A DNA stretch of 64,000 nt from the NCBI GenBank assembly GCA_032718475.1, contig JAUCBJ010008916.1:1155-65154 (forward strand). The letters are read 5' to 3'. Under the pieces are notes generated by a model, which did not search any database, had not been told where the DNA came from, and saw only the letters and a list, made by a program, of their open reading frames with translations. Position numbers and translations under genes: made by a program. The stretch comes from Nemertoderma westbladi. Its lineage: Eukaryota; Animalia; Xenacoelomorpha. How positions within the stretch are numbered: the stretch's first letter is position 1; every line of letters starts with the position of its first letter. Below, piece after piece: positions 62,407-64,000 of this stretch.

Positions 62407-64000
62407 ATGGTCGTCTGTCCACGTTGTTCATTTTCCAACAATGAGGAGTTTAACTTCTGCAATAAATGTGGTTTGCCTATCACTGGCAGTTGGTCGTCTG
62501 GCAATGACGACAATGTTCAGATGTTAGTAGCAATATAGGAAGTGATGGAGTTGCAACCTTGTTACATGCGACAATTCCCAATTTCAACGAATTTTTAAGA
62601 GAGAAAAGTCGTGGACATCTAGGCCAAGGTTCTTCAAGTTCGTCGATGACGCCAAGGATCGTTACACCTAATCCAGCTAAAAAGGCCAAGATAGAAAAAG
62701 TAAAATATGTTAATATAGACATCGGTTTTATGAAATATGATCGTAAACTTGGTAATTTAAAGCCCTTCTTAGGTAAAAGGGTAACCATTGAAGTCGCATC
62801 ATCTGCAGATTACGATATGATTTTTAAGAACGGTGTCGCTCAATTTAAAATGCAAGTAAGTGATGTTGTTGATGGAGAAACTGATGAGGATGACTTACTC
62901 TTGATATACAAATGTGGGCGGCAGATAGCCAATAAACTTCCTGCTAGCGATGAAGCATTTGTTCTTAGTAAATATCAATCTATTGTAAAAACCGATTACC
63001 GACGAATTTGTTTATACCTAGCGTTTAAGTGCGACTTCGACCGAATTCGTAATGGGGCTTTATCTCATCAATCCCAAGGTTATGTAACTGCTATAGACAC
63101 AGGGGAACTGGTAGTAGCCCCTTCAAAGTCTAGTCAAAGCGATAGGCAACAACTAAAGAGAAGCCAAACATGCCAAAGTGTACATGAGGAGCCTACTACT
63201 GATGTTGAGAATATCGAGGCTTTTCAAAGACCCCCAATAATTCTCATTGATTCTGGTCCTACACTAGAAAATATCGCGGTTGAGGATGACGATGAAGATC
63301 ATGATAGTGAAATTATTTCTACCAGTAGTAATAATTCACCGTCGAGGTTTTTTAATGTTGACAGAGACTTTTTACAATGCACTGGACTAATAGATTGGAT
63401 TGTCACAAACAAGGACATCCGCGAAATTACCGAAGGTGGGAAGTTATACGATTATGATGATGACAGTAGGGAATATTGTTTTATTCGAATAAGACGCCGT
63501 TTGTTATTAAATGACTTGTTCGATGTTTTACCGAAACTGAATGTTCTGGACTATATTAAGGTGAGATATGTTGGTGAACCTGGGGCCGATCAAGGTGGTT
63601 TGCGACGAGATTTATTTGGTTGCTGCGTGAAAGATTTATATACTGTGAGTTCTTTGTTTAGTATGGTTGATGGTTTCCTTGTCCCTTCTGCCGCGGACAT
63701 GTCAAAGGTGGTTAGTGGTCAGTTTGAACTTCTGGGAAAATTTATCGCCCTGCTTTTCCTTCATGGTGAACAATTACTTAGCGTACTACACCCTGTAGTT
63801 GCTGCGTATATCTGTTATGATGATGCATACAATTCCATTGATATTCTGGCGAGACACCCCGTTCTATCGCATTGCGGTTCTGAAGTAATTAATGATGGCA
63901 TTTTTGCTGAGATATTCTGTGCTGAATGTTTGGATTTCGGGCTGCAGCCACCCTCCAAACCTAGCCTAGACCAACGCAAAGAATTTAAGTATTTCAGTAA
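62407..64000 (+). CDS. Zn-ribbon plus HECT (G2E3-like) E3 ligase ORF; partial, one frameshift near 62510-62535
   Basis: MVVCPRCSFSNNEEFNFCNKCG, then a frame from 62508 that appears open to the window end, with IRIRRRLLLNDLF and IKVRYVGEPGADQGGLRRDLF (HECT N-lobe). Missing from the ORF track because it runs off the window. Confidence 0.8.

Larger units (their letters stand above)
60849..64000 (+). mobile_element. Left part of a putative IS3EU-like DNA transposon
   Basis: Terminus-like TACGGAAGCCCATTACGGCCAC (resembles IS3EU ends as I recall them), subterminal GCCGTTG(A/T)CA inverted repeats at 60930-61090, then an intronless HECT ORF. The right end and transposase are not in the window. Confidence 0.45.

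Overview
AT-rich metazoan (invertebrate-like) genomic DNA, mostly repeats and transposons. 1-14.3 kb: six unrelated minisatellite arrays (54, 22, 42, 63, 63 and 24 bp units), with a 5'-truncated RTE LINE inserted in the 42-bp array. 14.5-16.9 kb: the 5' half of a CR1/L2-group LINE ORF with a 2A-like (DIETNPGP) peptide. 17.5-45.4 kb: two related BEL/Pao LTR retrotransposons 174 bp apart, a full-length disabled copy and a young Gag-protease-only deletion derivative. The family is the most unusual thing here: no tRNA PBS, covarying RNA stems in the LTR, a dense cluster of perfect 5' splice sites in gag, an LTR-like relic after pol, an unrecognised non-env extra ORF showing synonymous-biased divergence, and a possible antisense ORF. 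45.4-64 kb: a Penelope-type minimal hammerhead motif, a SINE, several MITEs, a divergent PP1 gene with a GC-AG intron and an RFX X-box, an unknown two-exon coiled-coil gene, an intronless ARL2BP, and the left end of an IS3EU-like transposon followed by a HECT ORF that runs off the window. All calls are by eye; no searches were run.
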